Counted from the stretch's first letter, positions 50,261 to 60,068 are shown. The stretch is DNA of 64,000 nucleotides from an uncultured bacterium (GCA_946542925.1 CAMNLA010000006.1:19512-83511), one strand, 5' to 3'. The notes: generated by a model not told the origin, from the letters alone. Program-made: numbers and translations.

Positions 50261-53200
50261 ATGAAAGATACTGCCAATGGAGCACTGACACGACTGGTTG
50301 CCATTTTGAATCAGAATCTCGACCTTGACGATTTGCTTCTCAAGGCCTGCAACGAAATGGTTATCGCTGCCGGTGCCCGTGCGGGATACATCACCTTCGG
50401 AGGCAAATCCTACGAATCCAACGACTATTTTACAACCGAACACATTGTCTCCTTCCACGAATCCATTGCCGATGACCTTCTGCTCGAACTGCATCTCTTC
50501 TTCCTGTCGGCACAACAAGACAACAGCACGTCAGACATCTCACTGATGCTCCGGATCCTGACTGGCGAAGTCTCCAAAAGACGACTCTCTCTCCTCTTAC
50601 AGGACAACCGGGAACGAGTCAAGGAACTCAACGGTATTAATCAGACCGCCAGCATCATCGGAAAGGAAGTTTCCATCAGAGAAACCCTGCAGAAAATATG
50701 CAACATTATTCCCAAGTCGCTTCAGTTCCCCGACCTCGCTTGCGCACGCATTACCTATGAGGATACCTCCTACCAAAGCAAAGGATTCTGCGAAAGTGCC
50801 TGGTTCATCAGGGAAAATTTCGTTACGCTCGACGACAGGAAAGGATCCATCGAGGTTTTCTATACTCGGAAATGTCCCGATGCCGACTACGGACCGTTCC
50901 TGCGGGAAGAAATACGACTGCTTGGCAATATCGGACGACTTATTTGCGGCTATATCAACAACCACAAGGGACGTGAGGTAATGAACAAGGCCACGCGGCT
51001 CGTCGATACGAGCAAACGAGTCAACTACCGCGAGACGTATATCAAGGACCGGCAACCACTGCAACAGTTCTTCAACAAACAGATGCTCGACAAGTACATC
51101 TACTTCGACATGATGCGCTACAAGGTTAAGAACATTCTGTTTGTCGCCACGCTCTACGATGCCTACATTCTCGAAAGCGAGGACAATTTCTTCGAACAAT
51201 TCATGGGGGGAGAGATCTACCAGTTCTCGCTCTTTTCTCTGCCTCGTACCACGGCTGTAACCTCATCCGAGGAGGCGTTGGACATGCTGCGTACCATGAA
51301 GTTCGATCTCGTCATTCTGATGGCTGGACTCGACAAGAAACATCCCGTCGAACTGAGCAAGAAAATACGACGACGCTACAAGAAACTGCCCGTTTACCTG
51401 CTCGTCAACCGTAAAGACGACGTTCGCTTCTTCGAAAATCTTGTTCCCGTCAGCGATAGCATCGACAAAATGTTCGTTTGGAACGGAGAATCTCAGATTC
51501 TTTTCTCCATCGTCAAGAGCATCGAGGATCGCGCTAACGTCGAGAACGATACAACGATCGGACTCGTTCGCGTAATTCTCCTCATCGAGGACCGACCTTC
51601 CTATTATTCGAAATATTTGCAGTACCTCTATGAGATCGTCTTTGCTCAGATCGAACAGTCTCTTCGCGATGTGATGCACAACGAAATCGACAAGATAAGC
51701 CGTATGAGATCACGACCGAAGATCCTGCATGCGGCCAACTACGAGGATGCCATGTTCATCTATGAGAAATACAAGGACTTTCTCCTCTGCGTCGTTACCG
51801 ATGCGGAATTTGAACGCAACGGAACTCTTGACAAACAAGCCGGCATCAAGTTTATTCGACACGTGCAGAAACAGATGCTCTCGCTTCCGATTATCCTTCA
51901 GAGCAGCGATACGGAAAACGAAGTTCTGGCAAAACAACTTGGCGTCACTTTCATCGATAAAAACAGCGATACGATCTTCAACGACCTCCAGCGTTTCCTC
52001 ATTAGCCAACTCGGATTCGGCGACTTTGTCTTCCGTGATGCCAAGACTGGAAAACCAATTGCAGAAGCTCACACCCTGCAGGAGTTTCTCAGCATTCTCA
52101 AGTACGTGCCCGAGAAGACCATCAAGATGCACTCCGATGAGAACCAGTTCTCGCTTTGGCTCATGTCGCGTGGAGAAATTCGACTGGCTAAACGAGTAAA
52201 TCCTCTTTTATACAGCGATTTCGAGGGTGTCGAAGACTATCGGAATAAGATACTCAACCTCTTCAACGAATACGCTGAGGAAAAGAACAAGGGAAAAGTC
52301 CTGAATTTCGACGACGTTCATGAAGTAACCGAGAAGAATATCGTCAGCATGGCCGGAGGGTCTTTCGGAGGGAAAGGACGGGGTCTCGCTTTCATCAATG
52401 TGCTCATCGCTACCTCTGATTTCAGCCAATTCAGCAGCGAAATCAATATTCGTATGCCTAAGACAGTCATCATCGGTACCGATGAGTTCGACAAATTCAT
52501 GAAGGACAATGGACTCTTTGCTTTCATCGCAGATCCACATCACTCCTACGCCGACATCCGCAAGGCATTCTACGAAGCCAAACTCTCTGACTCCATCTGG
52601 ACAAAACTGGCACGTTTCCTCTCTCAGACTTCGCGGCCTCTGGCTGTACGTTCTTCCAGCATCTCCGAGGATTCCCTCTCTCAACCGTTTGCCGGGGTGT
52701 TCGACACCTATATTGTGCCGAACAACAACCCCGAAGAAAAGGAGAATCTACAACAACTCGGACATGCCATCAAACTGGTCTATGCATCAATCTATTCCAA
52801 CGAGAGCAAGCATTATTTCGACGCCATCAACCGCAACGTGGAGGAGGAAAAGATGGCTGTCGTACTGCAGGAATTGGTCGGACAGGAACACGACGGATAC
52901 TACTACCCGAATATCAGCGGAACGGCACAGTCCTATAATTACTATCCGATTGCACACATGAAACCCGAAGAAGGGTTCGCTAATGCTGCCGTTGGATTGG
53001 GATACTACGTCGTAGGAGGACAGAAGTCGTTCCGATTCTCGCCTCGGTATCCGAATATCGACATCTTCAGCACGAAGGACCTGATCAAGACGACACAAAC
53101 CGAGTTTTGTGCCCTAGACCTCAACAAACAACACATCGACTACCTGCTGAACGGCGAAGCCGCTCCGCTTGCGACCCTGCGCATTTCCGATGCCGAACGA

Positions 53201-54019
53201 CACGGAACAATCAAACACTGCGCTTCCGTTTTCAATCCCGAAAACGACAACGTCGAACCGGGACTCTCTTGCCCTGGACCACGTATCATCAATTTTGCCA
53301 ACATTCTCAAATACCACTATATCCCGCTTCCGGAATTGCTCGACGAATTGCTCGGAATAGCACAAGAAGCCATCGGAAGTCCCGTTGAAATGGAATGGGC
53401 TGTCGACCTCGAACATGCCGAAAACGGGCTTCCTTCTTTCTATCTGCTGCAAATCAAACCAATGGCTTCTGGAACGGCCATCGATGCCATTGACATTGGC
53501 AAGCCTCAGAAAGGGAAAACACTGCTCTACACCGAAAATAGCCTCGGAAACGGAATCATCAATTCCATTACTGACATCATCTATGCCGATCCCGAAAAGT
53601 TCGATAAAATGAAAACCCTTGACATGGTTAGGGAAATAGAATATCTGAACAATAAAATGGTACGCAAAAATCGACATTACGTTCTCATCGGACCGGGACG
53701 ATGGGGAACTCGCGACCGGTTTTTGGGAATTCCCGTTACTTGGCCACAGATCTCCAATGCCAGAGTCATCGTTGAAATGAGCCTCCCAGGATTCCCGCTC
53801 GACTCCTCGCTCGGAAGCCACTTTTTCCACAATGTCACATCTATGAATATCGGATATTGCTCCATCCAGGACTCTTCGCTTGTCGAGACCATCAATTGGA
53901 ACTTTATCAAAAAACAGAAGCCTTGCGAGGAAACAGAGTTCTTTAAGCATATCCAACTGAAAACTCCGCTGAAAATAAAAATGAATGGACGGGAAAGGAA
54001 AACACATATTCTCTTATAG
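50261..54019 (+). CDS. 1252-aa multidomain signalling protein: two sensor-like repeats, a degenerate receiver, a receiver domain, a PEP/pyruvate-binding (PPDK_N, ATP-grasp) domain and a ~185-aa C-terminal domain
   Basis: Residues ~40-230 hold two sensor-like repeats (ITFGGKSYESNDYF... and ITYEDTSYQSKGFCES...GSIEVFYTR...GPFLREEIRLLGNIGRLI). Residues ~288-415 are a REC-like fold without an acidic pocket (NILFVATLYD, FDLVILMAGLD, LPVYLLVN). Residues ~436-580 are a REC domain (VILLIEDRP, LLCVVTDAEF, LPIILQSSD, FIDKNS). Residues ~695-1068 are PPDK_N (GGSFGGKGRGLAF, LAVRSSSISEDSLSQPFAGVFDTY, VEMEWAVD...FYLLQIKPM). The C-terminal part reads GPGRWGTRDRFLGIPVTWPQIS...LGSHFFHN. Confidence 0.8.
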   Translation: MKDTANGALTRLVAILNQNLDLDDLLLKACNEMVIAAGARAGYITFGGKSYESNDYFTTEHIVSFHESIADDLLLELHLFFLSAQQDNSTSDISLMLRILTGEVSKRRLSLLLQDNRERVKELNGINQTASIIGKEVSIRETLQKICNIIPKSLQFPDLACARITYEDTSYQSKGFCESAWFIRENFVTLDDRKGSIEVFYTRKCPDADYGPFLREEIRLLGNIGRLICGYINNHKGREVMNKATRLVDTSKRVNYRETYIKDRQPLQQFFNKQMLDKYIYFDMMRYKVKNILFVATLYDAYILESEDNFFEQFMGGEIYQFSLFSLPRTTAVTSSEEALDMLRTMKFDLVILMAGLDKKHPVELSKKIRRRYKKLPVYLLVNRKDDVRFFENLVPVSDSIDKMFVWNGESQILFSIVKSIEDRANVENDTTIGLVRVILLIEDRPSYYSKYLQYLYEIVFAQIEQSLRDVMHNEIDKISRMRSRPKILHAANYEDAMFIYEKYKDFLLCVVTDAEFERNGTLDKQAGIKFIRHVQKQMLSLPIILQSSDTENEVLAKQLGVTFIDKNSDTIFNDLQRFLISQLGFGDFVFRDAKTGKPIAEAHTLQEFLSILKYVPEKTIKMHSDENQFSLWLMSRGEIRLAKRVNPLLYSDFEGVEDYRNKILNLFNEYAEEKNKGKVLNFDDVHEVTEKNIVSMAGGSFGGKGRGLAFINVLIATSDFSQFSSEINIRMPKTVIIGTDEFDKFMKDNGLFAFIADPHHSYADIRKAFYEAKLSDSIWTKLARFLSQTSRPLAVRSSSISEDSLSQPFAGVFDTYIVPNNNPEEKENLQQLGHAIKLVYASIYSNESKHYFDAINRNVEEEKMAVVLQELVGQEHDGYYYPNISGTAQSYNYYPIAHMKPEEGFANAAVGLGYYVVGGQKSFRFSPRYPNIDIFSTKDLIKTTQTEFCALDLNKQHIDYLLNGEAAPLATLRISDAERHGTIKHCASVFNPENDNVEPGLSCPGPRIINFANILKYHYIPLPELLDELLGIAQEAIGSPVEMEWAVDLEHAENGLPSFYLLQIKPMASGTAIDAIDIGKPQKGKTLLYTENSLGNGIINSITDIIYADPEKFDKMKTLDMVREIEYLNNKMVRKNRHYVLIGPGRWGTRDRFLGIPVTWPQISNARVIVEMSLPGFPLDSSLGSHFFHNVTSMNIGYCSIQDSSLVETINWNFIKKQKPCEETEFFKHIQLKTPLKIKMNGRERKTHILL

Positions 54020-54073
54020 ACAGACTAATCCTCCCTATTCATCAGATAAAATACGAAATAATGACAGGACAAT

Positions 54074-54727
54074 ATGATAACGATAGGTGTCTTTGATAAA
54101 CAGAAAGTAATGCGAGAAGCGATCTGCTCGCTCTTGGCCACGAACGAGGAATTCCTGCCGAAAGCAGTAACTCCGGAAACGGAAGATCTACTCGCCGAGG
54201 TAGGGAATGAGGGGTTCAACATCCTGCTTTTCAATATCTATACCCCACAGTTTGAGGAAATGAGGTTTATTTCTCAAATTCATTCCACCTGTCCTAGGAC
54301 ACGAGTCCTCGTCCTCTCGCAGAACAACGAAGAGGAACTGATTCTGAAAACCATTAAGGCAGGAGCAAAAGGATTCCTCGATGCCAATGCCGGGAAAAAC
54401 GAACTGTTTGAAGCCATCTACACCCTTCGCGGAGGATACGATTTCTACAGCGAAAGCATCACGCACATGCTCCTCGGAAAATACCTCAAGAAGATTAAAA
54501 ACAAAGAAACGGTCGAAGCTCCTGGCGTCGAAGCTCTTAGCCAGCGACAGATTGAAATCATCCGAATGTGGGGTAACAACATGAGCAACAAGGAAATCGC
54601 CGATAAACTTTTCATCTCTGTACGAACCGTCGAAAGCCACAAGAACCACATCATGCAACGGCTCAATCTCAAGACGAATATTGACATGATTAAATTCGGC
54701 ATACGCAACAATCTGATCGATATTTGA
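54074..54727 (+). CDS. LuxR/GerE-family (NarL-type) regulator with an atypical receiver lacking the phospho-acceptor Asp
   Basis: The C-terminal GerE HTH reads LSQRQIEIIRMWGNNMSNKEIADKLFISVRTVESHKNHIMQRL. In the receiver, TIGVFDKQ replaces the DD pocket and FNILLFNIYTP sits where DxxxxD-MP is expected, with no Asp. LVLSQN is retained, and GFLDAN sits where the conserved Lys is expected. Confidence 0.85.
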   Translation: MITIGVFDKQKVMREAICSLLATNEEFLPKAVTPETEDLLAEVGNEGFNILLFNIYTPQFEEMRFISQIHSTCPRTRVLVLSQNNEEELILKTIKAGAKGFLDANAGKNELFEAIYTLRGGYDFYSESITHMLLGKYLKKIKNKETVEAPGVEALSQRQIEIIRMWGNNMSNKEIADKLFISVRTVESHKNHIMQRLNLKTNIDMIKFGIRNNLIDI

Positions 54728-54745
54728 ATCCCACTCTTCTATAAT

Positions 54746-54783
54746 AAAGGAAAAGGACAGCTGCTGTGCTGTCCTTTTCCTTT
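54746..54783. terminator. Strong bidirectional terminator-like hairpin between the LuxR gene and ruvB
   Basis: Perfect 16-bp stem, aaaggaaaaggacagc (54746-54761) with gctgtccttttccttt (54768-54783), around a 6-nt loop. Confidence 0.7.
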
Positions 54784-54802
54784 ATTCATCCCCCTCCTTC
54801 GG

Positions 54803-55855
54803 CTATTCATCAAAAAGACTTCTTTGGCTGGCACCACGCCTCCGGTTCAGATGCTCGTACGCCATATCGGTAACCTCACGTCCTCGAGGCGTCCGCTTCA
54901 GGAATCCCTCTTTAATCAGAAACGGCTCATACACCTCTTCAATCGTCCCGGCATCCTCGCTCAATGCAGTCGCTATGGTTGTCAGTCCGACAGGGCCTCC
55001 GTTGAATTTGTCTATCACCGTGAGCAACAGTTTGTTGTCTATCTCGTCAAGACCGAACTTATCAATGTTCAACGCCTCCAACGCATATTTTGCTATCGAT
55101 ACGTCTATTCGGCCATTTCCCTTTACTTGGGCAAAGTCTCGCACCCGACGTATCAACGCATTGGCAATTCGAGGCGTGCCGCGACTGCGGCTCGCTATCT
55201 CTGCTGCTGCCTCTCTGACACAATCAACATTCATCAGTCTCGACGACCGAAGGATTATCTTTGTCAAGACGTCTTCATCATAATACTCCAAATGACAGTT
55301 GATTCCGAAACGGGCTCGTAGTGGCGCTGTCAGCAGACCGCTGCGCGTCGTCGCGCCTATCAGCGTGAACGGATTCAGGTCTATCTGAATAGAACGGGCA
55401 GAAGGACCTTTGTCGATCATGATGTCTATGCGGTAATCTTCCATCGCCGAATATAGATACTCCTCTACCAATGGACTTAATCGGTGTATTTCATCAATGA
55501 AAAGGACATCATTTGGCTCCAGAGACGTGAGGATACCTGCAAGGTCTCCCGGTTTGTCAAGCACCGGACCGGAAGTAATCTTAAAGCCTACTCCCAACTC
55601 ATTGGCAATAATGTTCGAGAGCGTTGTCTTTCCCAGACCAGGAGGACCATGTAACAATACATGATCCAATGGTTCCTGCCGCATCTTGGCTGCGTCCACG
55701 AAAATACGCAGGTTTTCCACTATTTTGTTCTGACCGCTGAAGTCGGAAAAGGATAAGGGACGCAAAGCGTTTTCAAAGTCCGTCTCTCGCTGCTGATTCC
55801 GTATGTCAAAAGATTCGTCTTCCATCTTCTTTTTTGTTTGTGGCCGTTTTCCCAT
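54803..55855 (-). CDS. ruvB: Holliday junction branch-migration helicase RuvB
   Basis: [19 protein letters not shown], Walker [27 protein letters not shown] and [18 protein letters not shown]. Confidence 0.97.
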   Translation of the reverse strand: MGKRPQTKKKMEDESFDIRNQQRETDFENALRPLSFSDFSGQNKIVENLRIFVDAAKMRQEPLDHVLLHGPPGLGKTTLSNIIANELGVGFKITSGPVLDKPGDLAGILTSLEPNDVLFIDEIHRLSPLVEEYLYSAMEDYRIDIMIDKGPSARSIQIDLNPFTLIGATTRSGLLTAPLRARFGINCHLEYYDEDVLTKIILRSSRLMNVDCVREAAAEIASRSRGTPRIANALIRRVRDFAQVKGNGRIDVSIAKYALEALNIDKFGLDEIDNKLLLTVIDKFNGGPVGLTTIATALSEDAGTIEEVYEPFLIKEGFLKRTPRGREVTDMAYEHLNRRRGASQRSLFDE

Positions 55856-55885
55856 CTCCTCAGGACAGAACTGCCTTTTTGAGAA

Positions 55886-56791
55886 TCACTTACTGGTAAA
55901 GTCTCGGAAAACATCCTCCATGTCTCGCTCCTGCAACGACAAAGTCAGCAGGGTGTTCCCTTTTTTAAACACATGACTGGACAGGTCTCCGCGGATGTCT
56001 CCTTCGCTCTCCATCGTGAAGACACATGGCCTCTCCTTCCGAATCTTCCTGATGCCGGAAAGACCATCAAAGAAACTTTCTTCTACGTCATCTCCCAGTT
56101 CCACCGTCAGAAAGACTCGGTTCGACTCCCTTGACGACACCATCTGACGCTCACTCTGATCTGCCACGATCCGACCTTCATTGATGATGATGACTCGGTC
56201 ACAGATGGCTTTCACCTCCTGCATGATATGGGTGGAAAGCATGACCGTTTTCTCTTTCCCGATATCAGATATCAATTGTCGCACTTCTGCCAGCTGATTC
56301 GGATCTAGACCTGTCGTCGGCTCATCCAGAATCAGAACCTGAGGGTCGTGAATCAGAGCCTGTGCCAGACCCACTCGCTGACGGTATCCCTTACTCAGCT
56401 CTCCGATTCGCTTCGTGCTTTCCGGAGTCAGGCCAACCCTGTCCACTATCTCATTCACCCGACGATTCAAGTGGTCCAGGCCATATAGCCGACCTACATA
56501 CGACAGGTATTCCTTGACATACATCTCCAGATACAAAGGATTATGTTCTGGTAAGTAGCCTATCTGACGCTTTACCTCTATCGGATTCTCCGACACCTCC
56601 ATTCCGCACACTTTCACTTCCCCCTTGTCATACGGAAGATAACCCGTAATACACTTCATGGTCGTTGACTTTCCTGCTCCATTCGGACCAATGAAACCGA
56701 CTATCTCTCCCGTCGCAATCGAGAACGAAACGTCTTTCAGCACATGCTGACGGCCATAACTCTTGTTTAGTAGGCTGATGCTAATGGACAT
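55886..56791 (-). CDS. ABC transporter ATP-binding protein (GldA-like, ABC-2 type)
   Basis: GFIGPNGAGKSTT, signature LSKGYRQRVGLAQAL and Walker B LILDEPTTGLD. No permease gene is adjacent. Confidence 0.9.
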   Translation of the reverse strand: MSISISLLNKSYGRQHVLKDVSFSIATGEIVGFIGPNGAGKSTTMKCITGYLPYDKGEVKVCGMEVSENPIEVKRQIGYLPEHNPLYLEMYVKEYLSYVGRLYGLDHLNRRVNEIVDRVGLTPESTKRIGELSKGYRQRVGLAQALIHDPQVLILDEPTTGLDPNQLAEVRQLISDIGKEKTVMLSTHIMQEVKAICDRVIIINEGRIVADQSERQMVSSRESNRVFLTVELGDDVEESFFDGLSGIRKIRKERPCVFTMESEGDIRGDLSSHVFKKGNTLLTLSLQERDMEDVFRDFTSK

Positions 56792-56830
56792 AGTTCCTTT
56801 GTAGATAATTCTTTTTATAGAGGAACAAAT

Positions 56831-56869
56831 TTAATAAAAATGTGCGACCCTTTTTTAAGTGTCGCACAT
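56831..56869 (-). terminator. Terminator-like hairpin downstream of the M23 peptidase gene
   Basis: 9-bp stem, atgtgcgac (56840-56848) with gtcgcacat (56861-56869). On the minus strand the stem is followed by ttttatt. Confidence 0.45.
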
Positions 56870-56902
56870 CCTATCTCTTTTTTCTTCTCTGTTATCACTT
56901 CC

Positions 56903-57841
56903 TTAACTGCAACGCAATCGCTGGCCCGGACGAAGAACCGAACGTCGTGACAGTCGATTCAGGCGGCAAAGTTCCTTCACGCTGACTCCATATCGGGAGG
57001 CAATTCCCGACAGAGTTTCTCCTTTGCGCACCTTATGATAGCGTGCTCCCCTCGACGAGGAATGACGATGATTCGATGAGGAACGATACGAACGACCCCC
57101 GTATGCCCAATCGAACGAATTGCGCTTTACAAGAAAATAATTGTCCGCAATGGCCTTATTCTCCTGGAAATCAAACAATTTTTCTGGATTGATTGGATTG
57201 CCTAAGAAACGAGCCTCGAAATGTAGGTGAGGACCCGTGCTGCGACCCGTGCTGCCTCCAAGACCAATGGTCTGGCCTGCCACCACTGACTGACCCTGAA
57301 ACACCTTGATCTCCGACAAGTGGCCATAAACCGTCTCCAGCCCGTTCGGGTGACGAATCACCACGTAATATCCATATCCGCCACGATCATACCGGGTGAT
57401 ACGGACCTTTCCGTCAAAGGCAGCTCCCACAGGATCTCCCGTGTGCAACGCTATGTCAATTCCGTAATGGTTGCGACTTCCGCGCGGACCGAAATGAGAA
57501 GTGGTTGAGCCAATCACCGGCGCCACATATCCCTTACAACTGATGACTACCGAGTCCGGAACTTCACTTACTTCTACGCGGTTGGCATTCACTCCTGACG
57601 TGCCCCACGCTCCTTCATATAAGTCATCGGCAGGATTGTCTCCCGACATATAACTGCTTCGCGATTCCTGTGCGTCTAATTCTATGTAACGGGAAATAAC
57701 GGAGTCTAAAAGATGATTCTGACGTTGATAATAAGTATTGTTTGCTGTTGCTCTTGTGCGCTGTCTGTTATTTTGGGCGGTAACAGTCGTCGCCGTGGTC
57801 AAGGCAACAAGCGAAAGAGCAAATAGAATGGGTTTTATCAT
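56903..57841 (-). CDS. M23 family metallopeptidase with C-terminal LysM domain
   Basis: It has a signal peptide. The M23 motifs are HYGIDIALHTGDPV and GSTGRSTGPHLHFE. The LysM domain is YHKVRKGETLSGIASRYGVSVKELCRLNRL. Confidence 0.9.
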   Translation of the reverse strand: MIKPILFALSLVALTTATTVTAQNNRQRTRATANNTYYQRQNHLLDSVISRYIELDAQESRSSYMSGDNPADDLYEGAWGTSGVNANRVEVSEVPDSVVISCKGYVAPVIGSTTSHFGPRGSRNHYGIDIALHTGDPVGAAFDGKVRITRYDRGGYGYYVVIRHPNGLETVYGHLSEIKVFQGQSVVAGQTIGLGGSTGRSTGPHLHFEARFLGNPINPEKLFDFQENKAIADNYFLVKRNSFDWAYGGRSYRSSSNHRHSSSRGARYHKVRKGETLSGIASRYGVSVKELCRLNRLSRRSVLRPGQRLRCS

Positions 57842-57967
57842 AAGTATTAAATCTGTTTTTGGGGTCGTTGTCTCATTGGCCTTTTTTTGACCAAAAAAGA
57901 TTTTTTCTCTTTAAGACGCCCAAATATAGACTTTTATTTCACCTAAAACAAACAAAAACCCGTTTTT

Positions 57968-60064
57968 TTAACTTATTTTACTCCAATCAATCGTTTCTTT
58001 TGTTTTTTTTCGCAGTTGCAAGGTCAAAATGGCATTCGCCGGCGCAGATAGTGACGGATCTGACTCAAGAACTCGCATGGCAGTGTCACGAGCAAGGGTC
58101 AGTAACTCGGAATCCTGAACCAAATTGGCAATTTTCAATTCAAATGGCATTCCGCTCTGCATGGTGCCCTCTAAGTCCCCTGGGCCTCGAAGACGGAGGT
58201 CTGCTTCTGCTATCTCGAACCCGTCATTCGTGCTCACCATGGTTTCTATACGTTTCCGCGTGTCACTCGCCAACTTGTAAGGCGTCAGCAATATACAATA
58301 CGACTGTTCAGAACCTCGTCCCACCCTGCCTCGCAATTGATGCAACTGCGCCAGCCCGAATCGCTGGGCACTCTCGATTACCATCACCGAGGCATTGGGC
58401 ACATTCACACCCACTTCTATCACAGTCGTGGCTACCATGATCTTGGTTTCTCCACGGACAAATCGTTGCATCTCCTCGTCTTTTTCCGTCGATTTCATCT
58501 GCCCGTGAACCATACTGACGCGAAATTGGGGCAAATGTTCCCGAATATACTCATAACCCTGCTCTACCGCCTGCATGTCACTTTTTTCCGATTCCTTGAT
58601 CAAAGGATAGACAACGTAGGCCTGACGACCCACATCAATCTCTTTTTTCAGGAAACGAAGCACCTCATCTCGTTTGGTTTCGTAATAATGAATGGTCCGG
58701 ATAGGCTTACGACCGGGGGGCAATTCGTCAATGACTGAGACATCCAGATCTCCATATACGGTCATGGCCAAAGTTCGTGGGATCGGAGTGGCCGTCATTA
58801 CCAATACGTGAGGAGGAGTCTGGTTTTTCGACCATAGCCGCGCTCGCTGCGCAACGCCGAACCGGTGCTGCTCATCAATGACCACCATCCCCAGATTCGA
58901 AAACTGAACAGTATCTTCCAACAAGGCATGTGTACCGATAAGAATCTGAAGACGACCGTCTTCCAGCGAACCGTGAATCTCTTTTCGGTCCGATTGCTTG
59001 GTCGATCCCGTCAACAGGCTCACCGTCACGCCACGACCTCTCAACATCTCACAGATAGTCTGATAATGCTGGCTTGCCAATATCTCTGTCGGAGCCATCA
59101 GACATGCCTGATAGCCATTATCCAAGGCCATCAGCATCGTCAGCAGGGCCACCAGCGTCTTACCGGAGCCGACGTCTCCTTGTAGCAGACGATTCATCTG
59201 CCTTCCGGAACCAACATCGCTCCGGATTTCGCGCAATACCTTTTTCTGCGCGCCCGTGAGCTCGAACGTCAGGTTTTTCGAATAAAAGGAATTGAAGTAC
59301 GTTCCTATCTTCGCAAACACAAATCCTCGTGATTTCTTGGATCCATATACAGACTGCTTGAGGATCGACAACTGTATGTAAAATAACTCTTCGTATTTCA
59401 GCCGCATACGTGCCGACTTCAGAGACACAGGATCCTTCGGGAAGTGAACGTTACGGAGAGCCTCATCAAGACCCATCAGATGATACGTATCAAGGATATA
59501 TCGGGGCAGGGTTTCGCGTACGGGCTGCGACAGTTCCTCCAGTGCCACATACACCAATTTGCGCATAGTGGTTGACGTTAGACCAGCATTCTTCATTTTC
59601 TCCGTCGTATTGTAGAGTGCCATCCAGCCCGTCAGTTTCTTCTCCGTCTCCGGCGTCGCCTCTTCTAATTCAGGATGTGCTATGTTATATTTGCCGTTGA
59701 AAACGGATGGTTTCCCGAATAGGATATAGGTAGTATCTGGCTTTAGACGGCTCGCCGCATACCGGATTCCACGAAACCATACCAGAGAAATACCGCCCGT
59801 TTCATCATAGAAAATCGCCTCCATTCGCTCATGACGACCCTCTCCTACCTTGCGCAGATTGCGCAGGCGACCCTTCATCTGGATATAGGAGACGTCAGAA
59901 TTGATTTCAGATACCTTGTAGAAACGCGATCGATCAAGGTATTTGTACGGATAATAGCATAACAGATCTTCTATAGTTCGGATTCCAACCTCGGATCCCA
60001 ATAGCTGAGCGCGTCTGGGACCGACACCTGGTAGAAACTGTATGTCCGATAGTAGTTCTGCCAT
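57968..60064 (-). CDS. recG: ATP-dependent DNA helicase RecG
   Basis: It has a wedge-domain N-terminus. The helicase motifs are GDVGSGKTLVALL, VVIDEQHRFGV and QLHQLRGRVGRG. Confidence 0.95.
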   Translation of the reverse strand: MAELLSDIQFLPGVGPRRAQLLGSEVGIRTIEDLLCYYPYKYLDRSRFYKVSEINSDVSYIQMKGRLRNLRKVGEGRHERMEAIFYDETGGISLVWFRGIRYAASRLKPDTTYILFGKPSVFNGKYNIAHPELEEATPETEKKLTGWMALYNTTEKMKNAGLTSTTMRKLVYVALEELSQPVRETLPRYILDTYHLMGLDEALRNVHFPKDPVSLKSARMRLKYEELFYIQLSILKQSVYGSKKSRGFVFAKIGTYFNSFYSKNLTFELTGAQKKVLREIRSDVGSGRQMNRLLQGDVGSGKTLVALLTMLMALDNGYQACLMAPTEILASQHYQTICEMLRGRGVTVSLLTGSTKQSDRKEIHGSLEDGRLQILIGTHALLEDTVQFSNLGMVVIDEQHRFGVAQRARLWSKNQTPPHVLVMTATPIPRTLAMTVYGDLDVSVIDELPPGRKPIRTIHYYETKRDEVLRFLKKEIDVGRQAYVVYPLIKESEKSDMQAVEQGYEYIREHLPQFRVSMVHGQMKSTEKDEEMQRFVRGETKIMVATTVIEVGVNVPNASVMVIESAQRFGLAQLHQLRGRVGRGSEQSYCILLTPYKLASDTRKRIETMVSTNDGFEIAEADLRLRGPGDLEGTMQSGMPFELKIANLVQDSELLTLARDTAMRVLESDPSLSAPANAILTLQLRKKTKETIDWSKIS

Positions 60065-60068
60065 GCCA

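Noticed and set aside
53114-54007. 297-aa minus-strand ORF, together with ORFs of 138-200 aa at 50597-52684, antisense to the 1252-aa gene
   Set aside because: The sense strand carries clear REC and PPDK_N motifs over its whole length. The antisense translations are low-information (F/V/D/E-rich).
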